Source: a virus (Duplodnaviria; Caudoviricetes). Taken from it: a DNA stretch of 34,189 bases. Numbering within the stretch: position 1 is the stretch's first letter; each line of letters starts with the position of its first letter. The position numbers and the translations under genes were made by a program. The stretch spans positions 1-34,189 of IMG/VR virus record IMGVR_UViG_3300020319_000008; one strand, written 5' to 3'. Positions 32,508 through 34,189 of this stretch are shown here, in pieces. The notes under the pieces were generated by a model. The model searched no databases, was not told the origin of the DNA, and saw only the letters and a list, made by a program, of their open reading frames with translations.

Positions 32508-34058
32508 TTATTGATCTATACCAAAAGCCATTCCTGATCCATCTTTTATAGATTTTTTAGCAAGATTAAATAACTTTCCAAAAGATTCTTCTTTCAAAGA
32601 GTCATCCTCAGCCATCATGCCTAAAGATACAGCCATTGGACTACTTAGCTGAACATTATAAGGGCTTGTTCCTCCTTCTTTTTTACTAATATTAAAAGTA
32701 GCTGTAGGAGCCTTATCTGCTGATGAATCTAAAGACATTGACTCTACAAATGAGCTAGGTTTATTAGGCATAATTTTATTGGTAAATGCATCTACTTTTT
32801 GAGTAGTTGTTGGGACAATAATATCATCTAATTCATATGAATCACTAGTAGGCAGGCTATCTTGATCTTTAAAAACAGGATGTCCATAATTAACCTCATA
32901 TCCTGCAGGTACTTTATTAAATAAACTTGGGTCCATTCTATTTCCAGCATTTGAATGATGACTAGGATCATCAAAAGCAGGATTAGTCATTCTTACTTGT
33001 TTTTCACTAGGAGTGAGATCTTTAGTTCTCTCTTGAGCATCTAACCTTCTCATTTCTCTATAATGATCTTCTAAATTTGTAGTTGATCCAGTATTAGTAC
33101 CACTAGGAAGATTTATATCGTCTTCTCCACCTGGTAAGTCAGGATGGTCAATTAATGGTGAATTACCTAGAGTTGGGTCTCCTGACTCATCTCCACTTAA
33201 GTAAAATCTTTCTTTTTTATCTCTATCTTGCATTGCTGCAAGTAAAGCTACGTCTAGTTTTGATCCTTCATCCGTACCTCCCATTTTATTTAAAAAGTTT
33301 TGAACTTTATTTGATGTAGCACCAGAACCAACCACTTCTTCTTTTACACCCTTAATGATATTAATTTCATTACCTGACTCAGAAAGTCCACTTCCAACTA
33401 CTGGTGTTGCTGCATGAAGAGCTCCTGTAGTAGGTATTTGTGTAGGTCTAAACATAGACATAGGCATACTATCCTGAGACTCACTTAAAACTTCTGCGAC
33501 ATTAGGAGTTTTATCTTCTATCTGTGATCCCTGTGTTATTTTTTGATCAATAATGTTTGATGCAGTCTGATTTGGTACATAATCTTGCTTATAAGCATCA
33601 GCAGTTGTTGGTTGTTGTGTATTTAAATCGGTTTTTACAACTCCACCTGCAGCTCTTCGATCCATTATTTCTATTCTATTTGCTTGCTTTTGAGCCTCTG
33701 CTTCCATTTCTAGTCTTATTTTTGCCATTGCAGGTGTATCTGCCTGTTGCTCAGGAGATTCAGGAACTGTTGCCATTTCAGCATCTGTTTTAGATTGCTC
33801 ATTCCGTAATTGTTCTTGCATTCTTGCTTGTTCTGCCATACTTTCAGCAACCATCGGTGCTCCTATAGCCATAACAGCAGTTTTTCCAATATTTTTTACT
33901 AAATTCCCTGTTTTTTCTAATAAATTTGGTTTTCTTGCAAAATTTTTGGTAAATTCAAATACTTCAGGAGCCATTTGCATGCGAGACATAGCATCAGAAG
34001 GCATTGGAGCACCAGTCATCCGGGAATATAGTTCAAAATCTCGTGGCGAAACAGGCAT
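32508..34058 (-). CDS. Large acidic, largely disordered hypothetical protein (about 516 aa)
   Basis: ATG at 34058 (MPVSPRDF) preferred over TTG at 34064; first gene of the structural arm in this window. Confidence 0.75.
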   Translation of the reverse strand: MPVSPRDFELYSRMTGAPMPSDAMSRMQMAPEVFEFTKNFARKPNLLEKTGNLVKNIGKTAVMAIGAPMVAESMAEQARMQEQLRNEQSKTDAEMATVPESPEQQADTPAMAKIRLEMEAEAQKQANRIEIMDRRAAGGVVKTDLNTQQPTTADAYKQDYVPNQTASNIIDQKITQGSQIEDKTPNVAEVLSESQDSMPMSMFRPTQIPTTGALHAATPVVGSGLSESGNEINIIKGVKEEVVGSGATSNKVQNFLNKMGGTDEGSKLDVALLAAMQDRDKKERFYLSGDESGDPTLGNSPLIDHPDLPGGEDDINLPSGTNTGSTTNLEDHYREMRRLDAQERTKDLTPSEKQVRMTNPAFDDPSHHSNAGNRMDPSLFNKVPAGYEVNYGHPVFKDQDSLPTSDSYELDDIIVPTTTQKVDAFTNKIMPNKPSSFVESMSLDSSADKAPTATFNISKKEGGTSPYNVQLSSPMAVSLGMMAEDDSLKEESFGKLFNLAKKSIKDGSGMAFGIDQ

Positions 34059-34077
34059 TATCAAAAATCATGGCATT

Positions 34078-34102
34078 TATAGAACTAATTTTAAGTTCTA
34101 TA
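34078..34102. promoter_or_regulatory. 9-bp inverted repeat TATAGAACT-N7-AGTTCTATA bracketing a TAAAAT -10 box
   Basis: Perfect arms at 34078-34086 and 34094-34102; on the minus strand the spacer reads TAAAATT. Confidence 0.5.
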
Positions 34103-34189
34103 CATTCGCCCCCTAGAACGCCTTAAAAAAGGTCAATTTGGGGTAAAAAAAATTGCAGGTATCAGGCGAAGCCTTACAAAATGTTACAG

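Noticed and set aside
1-34189. tRNA/rRNA genes, integrase/att sites, transposases, endolysin
   Set aside because: Intergenic gaps are short and AT-rich and no such motifs were recognised. Prophage versus lytic status cannot be decided from this window.

Overview
The whole window looks like the late (morphogenesis) arm plus an accessory region of an AT-rich (roughly one-third GC by eye) tailed dsDNA cyanophage. No host housekeeping genes, integrase, tRNA or CRISPR are visible. Almost all genes are on the minus strand. Reading from the right end: a block of Gly/Ala/Gln-rich putative internal or ejection proteins, including one with about 25 hendecad (11-aa) repeats; putative TerS; TerL; a small AbrB/MazE-like protein; portal; scaffold-like protein; major capsid protein; a second structural protein; an HhH protein; a head-completion-like protein; a large split-SWIM/beta-repeat protein; modular tail-fibre genes with two chaperones; a 7-gene membrane/secreted cassette around a divergent promoter; and host-interaction genes (HNH, Dps, 2OG-Fe(II) prolyl hydroxylase, NblA-like). 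No sheath, tail tube or classical tape measure gene is recognisable, which suggests a short-tailed or S-EIV1-like virion. That lineage call, and a Prochlorococcus/Synechococcus host, are inferences from memory of the families, not search results. The most notable signals are a 521-nt dual-coding portal/scaffold overlap with a sharp GC step, a phiX174-H-like Gln/Arg hendecad protein, an NblA-like gene, a split SWIM finger, and the secreted/membrane cassette with an apparent non-canonical start.
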